Shown here piece by piece: positions 10,145 through 18,884 of a DNA stretch of 64,000 nucleotides (the first letter of the stretch is position 1; the number at the start of each line of letters is the position of its first letter). Source of the DNA: Spirochaetia bacterium. GTDB taxonomy: Bacteria > Spirochaetota > Spirochaetia > DSM-2461. A program made the position numbers and the translations under genes. The DNA is taken from the NCBI GenBank assembly GCA_963666985.2, contig CAXXIA010000002.1:2016001-2080000 (forward strand), given 5' to 3'. A model generated the notes under the pieces. It saw nothing but the letters and a program-made list of their open reading frames with translations. It searched no databases and was not told where the DNA came from.

Positions 10145-12142
10145 TTAATATTTTAGACGGCCACCAAAAGCTATGGTGAAACCATCATAAAGTTCAAAAT
10201 ATTTTTCCTGGCTCTCCCCCTCGTAAGAGCCGCCGCTTCCTTTTATGAAATGGAGATTGTTAAGAGCATTGTCCCCTCGGATATAAACCTCGAAATAATT
10301 CCCCAAGGTTTTCTCAATGCCGAGAGAAAGCAGCAATTTATCCGGAGATTTATATGTGTAATACTGGGTTTTCGATATTATTCTTGGCGCTTCCCATATA
10401 GCGGTTCCAAAAATCCTGAGTCCGATTAATTCGAAGGAATAGGAAGAATCGATATTAATACTGTGGGGAACTCTTCCTGTTAAATCTTCGTATATTCCAT
10501 AGTAGTCATCATAGCCTAATGCCCGAGTGTAGGCGTAACTGATTGAGCCGGTATAGTTATTGAGAGTGAGTTTTATTTTGACGTCACCACCATAGGTAAG
10601 CGCTTTATCAACATTCTCGTAGGTATAGTTGCTGCCGCTTATTTGGGTTTCGATTAGGTTTTTTACTCTGTTGAAGTATCCGGATGCCGAAAGAGTTAAA
10701 ATTTCACATATTTTTTGTTCCATGGAAAGGTTAATACCGTGAGAAGTTTCAGGCTTTAAGTTCGGGTTTCCATAAACGTAAAAGTCGGTGCTGTTATGTG
10801 TATGGTGATAAACATAGTATTTTTCCAGCAGCGTGGGGATTTTATAGCCCATTCCGTATGAGGCCCGCAGTATTGTGCTGTCCGAGATGTCGGTTTTAAA
10901 GCTTAATTTGGGAGTTACCTGAAACAGATGAGAATCGTCAGAATCCAGTTTTGGTGAGTAATCTATGCGCAGTCCCGGAGCCAGAATGAAACGGTCGAGG
11001 GCGCCAATATTCCAGCTGTCCTGTGCGAAGGCGCTCCAAAGGAGCATACTTCTAAAATCACCATCCATGTTGTCATAATCTACCAAAGCGTCATAGTTAA
11101 TATTGCTTCCAAAGAGAAATGTGTGGCTTATGCTCGGGCTGTACTCTGCGCGAAATTCCCCTTCCGTTCCTAAGAAAGTTCTTTTTGTGTAATCATTTGT
11201 TTCTTCCGCCAGATCGTGGTCATTGATATCGAGGTAATAGTATTTGCCGCTTAAGAAACCGCTTATGGAAAGTCTATCTCCTATTTGCCGTTCACCCGTA
11301 AAGCCGCCATCCACACTGGTGGTTTTGTAAATGCTCTGATCTTCATATGTATCCAAATCCGAACTGATGTTGTAGAAATTCGTATACGATGAATACAATC
11401 CCCATTTCCCGTTATCTCCATACCAGTCCGCTGTTGCACGAATGGATCCCAATCGGTTAAAGGGGACAAAATATGCTTTAAAATCCCCATTGGATGTTGT
11501 TTGTATTTCTGTTTTCCCGTTATCGTAGTCCAATGATCCTGAAAAACCGAAACGAAAATTTTCGGTACTGTAGGCAAGAGCTCCGGTTGTTATATTATGA
11601 AGATTAGTTGAGAATTCTTCACTTAAATCCGCGGAGAATTCAGGTTCGGAAACTTTTTTTCTTTTCGTAATGATATTCACCACTCCGCCAATGGCATCCG
11701 AACCATATAGTGCCGAGCTGGCTCCTCTGATTATCTCAATTCTCTCAATCGAGGAAAGAGGAATCTGGCTGCTGGGAATAGAACCGTTTATTCTTCCGAT
11801 AATTTCGATTCCATCGATGAGGATTTTTGCATAGTCTCCTTCAAATCCTTGAATCATTATGGAGCTGGCGGCATGGCCGTCGGCCTGAATCCCAGGAATC
11901 TGATTGAGCAAATCGGATAAATTTGAAGCGCCGGAATCTTCGATTTCTTCTTTTGTTATAACTTCAACTTTTTCCGTGCTTTCATCGGTAGTCTCTTCAA
12001 ATTTACTGCCGGTAACAATAATTAAATCATCTTGTTCCAACGAACTCTGAGCGGAAAGAGGAACGGCCCCGAGAATGCGGAAAACAAGAAGAAAAACAAG
12101 AATATTTCCGACGGAAATATAAGAGAGAATAGATTTGTTCAC
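10145..12142 (-). CDS. TonB-dependent outer-membrane receptor
   Basis: TonB box-like DLIIVTGS; plug motif IERIEIIRGASSALYGSDAIGGVVNIITK; GNPNLKPE; C-terminal aromatic GRLKY. Confidence 0.92.
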   Translation of the reverse strand: MNKSILSYISVGNILVFLLVFRILGAVPLSAQSSLEQDDLIIVTGSKFEETTDESTEKVEVITKEEIEDSGASNLSDLLNQIPGIQADGHAASSIMIQGFEGDYAKILIDGIEIIGRINGSIPSSQIPLSSIERIEIIRGASSALYGSDAIGGVVNIITKRKKVSEPEFSADLSEEFSTNLHNITTGALAYSTENFRFGFSGSLDYDNGKTEIQTTSNGDFKAYFVPFNRLGSIRATADWYGDNGKWGLYSSYTNFYNISSDLDTYEDQSIYKTTSVDGGFTGERQIGDRLSISGFLSGKYYYLDINDHDLAEETNDYTKRTFLGTEGEFRAEYSPSISHTFLFGSNINYDALVDYDNMDGDFRSMLLWSAFAQDSWNIGALDRFILAPGLRIDYSPKLDSDDSHLFQVTPKLSFKTDISDSTILRASYGMGYKIPTLLEKYYVYHHTHNSTDFYVYGNPNLKPETSHGINLSMEQKICEILTLSASGYFNRVKNLIETQISGSNYTYENVDKALTYGGDVKIKLTLNNYTGSISYAYTRALGYDDYYGIYEDLTGRVPHSINIDSSYSFELIGLRIFGTAIWEAPRIISKTQYYTYKSPDKLLLSLGIEKTLGNYFEVYIRGDNALNNLHFIKGSGGSYEGESQEKYFELYDGFTIAFGGRLKY

Positions 12143-12241
12143 ATTATTAACCCTATTTATTAATCATCATGAATTATCAGAATAACCAAATGAGTAAAAT
12201 TACAATAAGTAAGTTAATCCATATTATAGTTTATGAAAATA

Positions 12242-12270
12242 ATCATATTAGGAAGGACTAACTGTGTCAA
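12242..12270 (-). promoter_or_regulatory. Sigma70 promoter of the receptor gene with a TTAG-N6-CTAA palindrome in the spacer
   Basis: TTGACA (12270-12265), 17 bp, TATGAT (12247-12242); TTAGGAAGGACTAA at 12248-12261. Confidence 0.7.
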
Positions 12271-12372
12271 TTGGTTTTTAAAAGAATTTTGGATAATCCG
12301 ATCGGCATTGAAAAATGAAATAGCGGCTTTTAATAAATATCTTTTCCGCAGGCCTTATACCGTAAGTCGGTA

Positions 12373-13047
12373 TTATTTGAGCTTATAATCCATACCGAAT
12401 GTAATCTCAACAGGAGTTCGATCGGTATTCGGTCTGGGGAAAGGCGCCGCTTTCTCAACGGCTTTCATTGTTGCTTGGTCGAGCAGAATGAAGCCGGAAC
12501 TTTCAATTATTTCTCGGGAAAGAAGCAGTCCGTCTTTGTCTATTGTAATTCGAATTTTTACTATTCCTTCCTGTTCCCTTCGACGTGCGCTGCTTGGATA
12601 TATTTTTCTGCGGGCTATGCTGCCGAGAATGAGGTTTTTATATTCAATACAGCCCGGATCATTCATCGCGGTGTTCTCAGCCGGTTTCGGGGCAATGGCG
12701 GACGATGAGGGCGAAAGTGTTTTTTCCTTGGGAATATCGTCTGAGGTCGCCGATTCCTCCGGCAGGGGAACGGGCTGTTTCTCTTGCGGCAAGGGTTTGG
12801 GAATCGAAAAAAGAGTTTCCGGAATCGGCGTCGGTTCGATCGGAGGCGTAACGGTCGATTGAGAAACCTTAACCGGCTGGGGCGGAGCTTTCATTATGTT
12901 TACCCGAGTAACGTTTGATAAGGGAGCCTCAGGCGCCGGTTCCTGAAAATTGGGAATGAGTCCAAGCGCGGTAAGAATCAGGAAACCGGCAATGAAGCTA
13001 ATCCCGTATCGGATCGTGTCGGATTGAAACATTCCCCACCCCGGCAT
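12373..13047 (-). CDS. tonB: Energy transducer TonB
   Basis: N-terminal TM, Pro-rich linker, YPSSARRREQEGIVKIRITIDKDG...SSGFILLDQA...APFP. The true start may be ATG 13032. Confidence 0.9.
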   Translation of the reverse strand: MPGWGMFQSDTIRYGISFIAGFLILTALGLIPNFQEPAPEAPLSNVTRVNIMKAPPQPVKVSQSTVTPPIEPTPIPETLFSIPKPLPQEKQPVPLPEESATSDDIPKEKTLSPSSSAIAPKPAENTAMNDPGCIEYKNLILGSIARRKIYPSSARRREQEGIVKIRITIDKDGLLLSREIIESSGFILLDQATMKAVEKAAPFPRPNTDRTPVEITFGMDYKLK

Positions 13048-13402
13048 TATTCAATTCATCGAGAATCCTCACGACAACGCCGAAATCAACACTGGCATCA
13101 CAAGCCAGCGTTATCCCCGATTCAATATCGTTGCATCGTTCCGAAATCAAGGTTTCACCTAATTCCGGCAGGCTGAGGGGAATCCCGTCGAGGGTAATCC
13201 GCTCGTTACGGTCAACCGTGAGAGTTCTGTTTCGGCGATCTTCCTGAACGGTACTTCCGGCTTTCGGAAGATCCATAGGCAGAACGGCTTTGCGGAATTG
13301 AGTGGAAATCATAAAGAATAGAAGCAGAATGAAAATAACATCTACTAAGGGTGTCAGATTCATCACGGCTTTATTCTTTTTCGCTTGAGAGAAATCAAGC
13401 AT
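12998..13402 (-). CDS. exbD: Biopolymer transporter ExbD
   Basis: NLTPLVDVIFILLLFFM motif; DASVDFGVVVRILDEL. Confidence 0.9.
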   Translation of the reverse strand: MLDFSQAKKNKAVMNLTPLVDVIFILLLFFMISTQFRKAVLPMDLPKAGSTVQEDRRNRTLTVDRNERITLDGIPLSLPELGETLISERCNDIESGITLACDASVDFGVVVRILDELNNAGVGNVSIRHDPIRD

Positions 13403-13943
13403 AATCCACAATCTCTCCGTTCGTATTTTCGGTTATTGATACGGCCAAACTCATCTTTAAAAGCCTGAGTTCAACGATACGGCCGAAAAGGTGAGAACAA
13501 AACAAAGCGGGAAGGGCCACAATTAAACCGAGTGCGGTGGTAAGCATTGCAACCCAGATACCCCCTGAAAAATCTTGAATGCTCATCTCCGGACCGGCGG
13601 CGGCCATACCTTGGAAGGAAGCGATAAGCCCGATAACCGTTCCGAGCAGACCCATCGAAGGAGCGGCGGCGGTTATGAATGAAAAGAGCCACAAACCGCG
13701 TTCCATCTCATTTTTAAGCTCGGCTCCCAATTCCAAAAGCTCCTCTTTCCGGAGTTCGGCGGGCATGGATACGGTCCTTTCGGATCTGATTCGTATCCGT
13801 TCCGTTTGAGAATTGCGTTTAAATCCCCGGCTGAAGAAAAAATAAAGAAGTCGCTCAATCGCCAGAGCGAGTACAACCAGAAGGAGTCCTACGAGAATCC
13901 GGTTGATCACCCCCCCTTTTTCAATATATTCCAGCGGAGTCAT
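13395..13943 (-). CDS. exbB: MotA/TolQ/ExbB proton channel
   Basis: APSMGLLGTVIGLI and GIWVAMLTTALGLIVALPA; adjacent to exbD and tonB. Confidence 0.9.
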   Translation of the reverse strand: MTPLEYIEKGGVINRILVGLLLVVLALAIERLLYFFFSRGFKRNSQTERIRIRSERTVSMPAELRKEELLELGAELKNEMERGLWLFSFITAAAPSMGLLGTVIGLIASFQGMAAAGPEMSIQDFSGGIWVAMLTTALGLIVALPALFCSHLFGRIVELRLLKMSLAVSITENTNGEIVDYA

Positions 13944-14884
13944 CGCAGTTCGTCCAATTGAGCCGCTAGTTCCGGGAGCTCATCAAATAACCGCGGCGAA
14001 GGACGCAAAAAGAATGACGACGACATTACCATGATGTTTCCCTCCCGTCCTGCTCGCGTTTTTTCAAGAAACGCATTGGGTTCCATAAGGTCTTCGGGTT
14101 TGGTAATGGACATGGCGCAGAAAAGAAAGTCCGGATCTTCCTTTAAAATATATTCGGGCGAAAGCATGGGACGAGCCATATCCAAGCCTTCCGCCAGATT
14201 TTTTACTCCGAGAAGCTTGAGAATCTCGCCCGGCAGGGATTTTTCGGTAAACGCAAGAATCGGATTCGCCGAATAAAGAAACGCTCCTTTTAGTTTGGTG
14301 TTATCGGAACCGAATCGTTTTTTAAGCTCTTCCAGATTTTGAGTTTTTTCTTTCACAAGAGCCGCGGCCTCATCCGGCCGTCCGCAGAAGACGCCCAGCT
14401 CTTCAGTGGACCTTAGAATTTCTTCCATCGTTCCGGCTTCATGCAAGTAAACCTTCAGCCCGCGATTTTTAAGATTTGTCCCCAGCTCTGTTACCATTGT
14501 GTTCAATATCACCAAATCCGGTTCCAACTTGATGATTGCTTCGATGCTGGGCTGAGCGAGATTTCCCACCGAAGGCAGTTGCGATGTTTTTTCCTGAGGC
14601 CAAATTCCCTCTCGGCTTTTACCAATCCCTACAAGGTGCGTTTCGCCGCCGATCATGTAGATGGTCTCAACGGCTCCGGCGGAGACCGATACAATTCTCT
14701 TATATTCCTGCCGAACCAAACCTTCGTTCAGATCAACGGAATTTTCTTCGGTATTTCTTTTAATATTACCCGGATGTTTACTCGCTCCGGATATCGCGTC
14801 ATTTTTTCGCGAACATGATGTTAAAGGTATGGATATGGCGAGTATGACCGCCAGTGAAAAAAACCAGATTTTATGCATTCGCAT
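13940..14884 (-). CDS. Heme/cobalamin-type ABC substrate-binding lipoprotein (HmuT-like)
   Basis: Lipobox LTSC; RIVSVSAGAVETIY, PSIEAIIKLEPDLV and RPSPR are class III SBP motifs. Confidence 0.85.
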   Translation of the reverse strand: MRMHKIWFFSLAVILAISIPLTSCSRKNDAISGASKHPGNIKRNTEENSVDLNEGLVRQEYKRIVSVSAGAVETIYMIGGETHLVGIGKSREGIWPQEKTSQLPSVGNLAQPSIEAIIKLEPDLVILNTMVTELGTNLKNRGLKVYLHEAGTMEEILRSTEELGVFCGRPDEAAALVKEKTQNLEELKKRFGSDNTKLKGAFLYSANPILAFTEKSLPGEILKLLGVKNLAEGLDMARPMLSPEYILKEDPDFLFCAMSITKPEDLMEPNAFLEKTRAGREGNIMVMSSSFFLRPSPRLFDELPELAAQLDELR

Positions 14885-16319
14885 TCTCCTTGTATAATTC
14901 CGGCCGTACTCCCGGCCTGATGATTCGTTTCAGGTAGTCCACGGCTATATTGTTTCCCCAAAAAATGCCGTTCGGGCTCAGATGTTCCATACCGGTTTTA
15001 CCCCTGAGGAAACCATGATCCCTATAGAGATTCAGTGCGGCGGCGGTGGTTGTTTTCGCGCTTGGACCGGTCAGTTCCGTAAGCTGGTCGATGCCGTAGT
15101 TTCCATATTGGAGTTGACCCAGGATGCGGTGATAAGGGTCGAATTGAGGGTTGATTAAAGCGGCCATTCTTCGTCCGGGAGCCAGGTTGTATACACTGTA
15201 AGGTCCGATGCGTCCGCCGGCGCCCCGTCCTAAGGGAAGGATGGTACGATTATCGTAACGAAGCCTGATGTAGCGATAATCATCCCGACCGGGTTTTACC
15301 ATTTTCGACAGCTCCAGGACTTCATAGCCCGCATCTTCCAGAATACTTATAAAAAGGTTGTGTTTTCTTCGTTCGGTTTCTTCCGTTCTTTGGAATTTCA
15401 CGGAGCCGTTTTTGAGATCCGAGGCTAGGGTTGAACCTTCATGAATCATTAGGGGATAAAAACTCGCTCCGTCCAGTCCAAGATCGACAAGAGTTTTCGC
15501 ATCATCAATCAAGTCCCGCTCGGTCTGTCCGGGATAACTATAGATTATGTCCAGACTCAGAATGCCGTTGAAATTGGCCCGCATGGCTTCCAGGGAATCC
15601 AGACAGTATTTCCGATTCCCCGTTCTTTCCAGCACCCGCCGTCCATTGTCGGAAAATGTCTGGATTCCGATACTCAGACGATTCAGCCCTAAATCTCTTA
15701 GAACGGCGAGTTTTGCCGGGGGTAAATTATGAAGAGTGCTTTCCATACTGATTTCGCAATCATCGGAAAGCGGCAGCTTATCTCTGAGGGACTTAATGAC
15801 TCGTTCCAGGGCCTTCCCGTTCAAAAACGTTGGGGTTCCGCCGCCGAAATAAACTTCTCTAAAAAATTCCGATCGGACATAAGTGATATTCGACATTTCT
15901 TCAATTTCGGAAATCAGGTATTCCGTGTAGGACTCAATAAGATCCCTTTGTCCCATTTCTCTGTTCAGATTGCAGAAACTGCAGATTTTGTCACAGAAAG
16001 GAACATGGATATAAATGGCTCCGCCTTTACGCTCGCCTGCTTCCATACCATTCAATTGTGATTTTGCCTTTTCCCATAGATCGGGGGGGCCATTATCCGG
16101 CGGGCCTCCGCTGTTTCGATTAAACGGACGACTCATAAGGCTGAGGGAGCGGGATAGCTTGCCGCTTTTTTTCTGTCTTTTAGGGATACCGGCGGGATGA
16201 CCGATGCGCCCATGACCTGTAGATTGTTTTGAACCATGAACCGAATCCCGGCCGCCTTCCAGTATTTGATTGAGTCCGGCCTCAGCATCATGATGGGAAC
16301 GATAGCGTTCAGAGAACAT
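14871..16319 (-). CDS. Class C radical SAM methyltransferase, ChuW/HutW/HmuW-like heme-degrading enzyme (HemN-like superfamily)
   Basis: YIHVPFCDKICSFC (CxxxCxxC), YFGGGTPT, RLSIGIQTF; N-terminal RSHHD; located inside a heme ABC operon. Confidence 0.8.
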   Translation of the reverse strand: MFSERYRSHHDAEAGLNQILEGGRDSVHGSKQSTGHGRIGHPAGIPKRQKKSGKLSRSLSLMSRPFNRNSGGPPDNGPPDLWEKAKSQLNGMEAGERKGGAIYIHVPFCDKICSFCNLNREMGQRDLIESYTEYLISEIEEMSNITYVRSEFFREVYFGGGTPTFLNGKALERVIKSLRDKLPLSDDCEISMESTLHNLPPAKLAVLRDLGLNRLSIGIQTFSDNGRRVLERTGNRKYCLDSLEAMRANFNGILSLDIIYSYPGQTERDLIDDAKTLVDLGLDGASFYPLMIHEGSTLASDLKNGSVKFQRTEETERRKHNLFISILEDAGYEVLELSKMVKPGRDDYRYIRLRYDNRTILPLGRGAGGRIGPYSVYNLAPGRRMAALINPQFDPYHRILGQLQYGNYGIDQLTELTGPSAKTTTAAALNLYRDHGFLRGKTGMEHLSPNGIFWGNNIAVDYLKRIIRPGVRPELYKENANA

Positions 16320-17139
16320 TGAGAATCTTCCTTTCCGGCTCGCTGCACGGAATCATCAAATCTCGTCCGGGAAGGACAAAAGGCACACCGGCGTTATCGA
16401 TATAGACAGTCAGGTGAATTCCATAAATTTCGTTTATAGCTTCGGAGGTGATTACCTCCCGGGGAGTTCCGTAATATCGGGAATGTCCATTCTTCATGAA
16501 AAGGATGGAATCGCAGAATTGGGCGGCCAAATTCAAATCGTGCATTACGGCGATTACCGTTGTTCCGGAATTCTGTACCCGTTCCCGGATTTTCAACATA
16601 ATGTCCACTTTATGCTGCATATCCAGATTGGCCGTGGCTTCATCCAGAAGCATTACCGGAGTGTCCTGTACCAGGCATCTGGCGAGCATGACTTTCTGCT
16701 GTTCACCGCCTGAAAGATCCCCGACCGGGCGATCTTGAAAATCCGTTAAATCAAGACGCCGCATGACTTCTTCGGTTTTTTTCCGGTCGGCCGAAGAATA
16801 CCCGGCCCATCGGTTTTCCACGTAAGGAAGCCTGCCCATCTGAACGGTATCGAAGACCGTCTCGGAACCCATGGCGCCGGGGCGCTGCGGAACAAGACTT
16901 ACGGTCCGGCTCCGCCGGGTTTTCAGGGGGAGCGCATCGGCGTCATTAATAAACTCGACACGGCCGTTCGATGCTTGAAGGTAACCGAGAATATTCTTAA
17001 TCAGCGTCGATTTCCCGCAGCCGTTGGGACCCAGAACACCGGTAATCCGTCCGGCGTTAAAACGCTGATTCATCTTATTGATGACGTTCCTCGAACCGTA
17101 AGAAAACTCGAGATTACTGACATGTACGGAGACGTTCAT
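16309..17139 (-). CDS. Iron-chelate/heme ABC transporter ATPase (HmuV/FepC-like)
   Basis: GPNGCGKST, LSGGEQQK, LLDEAT, VMHDLNLAAQFCD. Confidence 0.9.
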   Translation of the reverse strand: MNVSVHVSNLEFSYGSRNVINKMNQRFNAGRITGVLGPNGCGKSTLIKNILGYLQASNGRVEFINDADALPLKTRRSRTVSLVPQRPGAMGSETVFDTVQMGRLPYVENRWAGYSSADRKKTEEVMRRLDLTDFQDRPVGDLSGGEQQKVMLARCLVQDTPVMLLDEATANLDMQHKVDIMLKIRERVQNSGTTVIAVMHDLNLAAQFCDSILFMKNGHSRYYGTPREVITSEAINEIYGIHLTVYIDNAGVPFVLPGRDLMIPCSEPERKILNVL

Positions 17140-18128
17140 AGAAACATCCCATTGCGCCTGGTAACTGCGAGATAGAGGAAAAAGGGTGCTCCAAAGAACG
17201 CTGTTACGACGCCGATCGGAATTTCCACAGGGGCCAGAATCGTTCGCGCGAGAATATCGGCGAACAGAAGGAATGCTCCGCCCGCCAGTGCCGTCAGCGG
17301 AATAAGCCGACTGTGATTGGTTCCAACCAAGATCCGCATGGTATGAGGCATAATCAAACCGACAAAGCCGATCATCCCTGAGAAGGCGACTGAGAAAGCG
17401 GAGATGAGGCTGGCGGCTACCAGAAGCCTTTTTTTTATAACTCCCGTATTCACCCCGAGGGAATGCGCCTCCTCATCTCCCCGCGTGAGTGCGTCGAGAT
17501 CCAGCCTGTGGTAATGAAAATAGGCCAACGCCGCCAGGAGCGGTCCTAACAGAATGAGAACCCGCTTCCAGGTTGCCCCTCCGAGATAGCCCATCAGCCA
17601 TACGGAAATCCGGAAGGAATCTTCACCAATCCAGTACATGGCGAACGATGTAAAGGCACTCATGAATGAAGACACCGCAATCCCGATAATCAGCAGCATC
17701 GCCACGCTGACACGTCCTTTACGGACGGAGAGACGGAAGATGACAAAGGTGGTTCCGACGGAAGTGGCGAAGGCGAATACCCCGTAAAAGAAATCCGGAA
17801 GACCCAGGAGAAAGGCCAGTACGGCGCCGGTAACGGCGCTTGCGCTGATACCGATAAGATAAGGATCGGCCAAAGGATTTCGAAACACCGCCTGCACAAC
17901 CACCCCCGAAGAAGAAAGCATCATGCCGATTATCAGAGCCATTACCATTCGAGGAAGACGAAGCTCGAAGATAATCATGCGGGTGTATTCCGATATTTCG
18001 GGATTCAGGATTTGGAACAGCGTACCCTTTTCCAAAGGGACACTCCCGTATTTCAGGCCAACCCAGAATAAAAAAAGAATAACCAGGAGAAGTAGAATCC
18101 ATGTTTTTTTTAAAGCATAGGTTTTCAT
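17136..18128 (-). CDS. FecCD-family permease (HmuU-like)
   Basis: ELRLPR, FRNPLADPYLIG, GMIGFVGLIMPH, EIPIGVVTAFFGAPFFLYL. Confidence 0.92.
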   Translation of the reverse strand: MKTYALKKTWILLLLVILFLFWVGLKYGSVPLEKGTLFQILNPEISEYTRMIIFELRLPRMVMALIIGMMLSSSGVVVQAVFRNPLADPYLIGISASAVTGAVLAFLLGLPDFFYGVFAFATSVGTTFVIFRLSVRKGRVSVAMLLIIGIAVSSFMSAFTSFAMYWIGEDSFRISVWLMGYLGGATWKRVLILLGPLLAALAYFHYHRLDLDALTRGDEEAHSLGVNTGVIKKRLLVAASLISAFSVAFSGMIGFVGLIMPHTMRILVGTNHSRLIPLTALAGGAFLLFADILARTILAPVEIPIGVVTAFFGAPFFLYLAVTRRNGMFL

Positions 18129-18131
18129 GGT

Positions 18132-18638
18132 TCAGATGAATATTGAGGAAAAAAAGGCGCGGGCATTGGAGAAATCTTCTTCATTCGGATGCTTGGCGGC
18201 TTCTTCATGACGTTGCCGGCGTGCTTCATCCATGGCATGCGGATGATTTGCCGGCATTTTTTCAAACATCTTCGTTAACTTAGGATCTATTTTTCCCCTG
18301 CAGAGGAAACAGCCGAGAAACTCATTGTTTTTTTCAGCCGCTTTTTTCATCGATTCAATAACTTTTCGAGCATGATCCGATTCCGGAGCGGCTCCGAGAG
18401 TTCCCAGGAACGCTATTTTTCGACCTTCAAGTCGATTAAGAAGCGTCAGTGTTTTCTTATCGGCTTCGCCTTTATCAACCCAGAATCCGAGAATAAGTTC
18501 TTCGGTTTCGATTGTTTCAGGCGAATCATCGATGGAAAGGATGTCAAATCTGTCGGGAAAAGCCGCATGAAGCGCTTCGGCAACTCTGCGCGTATTACCG
18601 GTTTTTGAGGAATAAATAATAAGAGCCTTGGATGACAT
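18132..18638 (-). CDS. Flavodoxin-superfamily protein, HmuF-like
   Basis: YSSKTGNTRRVA FMN loop; GFWVDKG, FLGTLGA, CRGKID; His-containing cap NHPHA...AAKHPNEED; first gene of the heme operon. Confidence 0.75.
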   Translation of the reverse strand: MSSKALIIYSSKTGNTRRVAEALHAAFPDRFDILSIDDSPETIETEELILGFWVDKGEADKKTLTLLNRLEGRKIAFLGTLGAAPESDHARKVIESMKKAAEKNNEFLGCFLCRGKIDPKLTKMFEKMPANHPHAMDEARRQRHEEAAKHPNEEDFSNARAFFSSIFI

Positions 18639-18682
18639 TGTTACTCCGGAAAGAATTGTTATAACTAAGCAAATAATATTTA

Positions 18683-18707
18683 TATTAACTAATAAAATTA
18701 GTCAATA
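18683..18707 (-). promoter_or_regulatory. Imperfect AT-rich palindrome overlapping the putative -35 of the heme operon
   Basis: TATTAACTAAT-AAA-ATTAGTCAATA with one mismatch; includes minus-strand TTGACT. Confidence 0.5.
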
Positions 18708-18884
18708 ATATGGCCGGTTCAATCTTTGGTGAATTAAACGCAATGCGGACCGGAGTGTGTTCTGCGATTGAATTGAATGAGAAAATATGAATTCGCGGTA
18801 AAAATCGGATATACGGTCGGCTGTTCAATTTCGTCGAAAGATGTCGGCTGTTCCAATTTCGACGTTCTTTACTTCAAGCAAAAA

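Noticed and set aside
18816..18861. Short direct repeat GTCGGCTGTTC(C)AATTTCG, two copies
   Set aside because: Only two copies, downstream of the GGDEF gene, with no supporting context.
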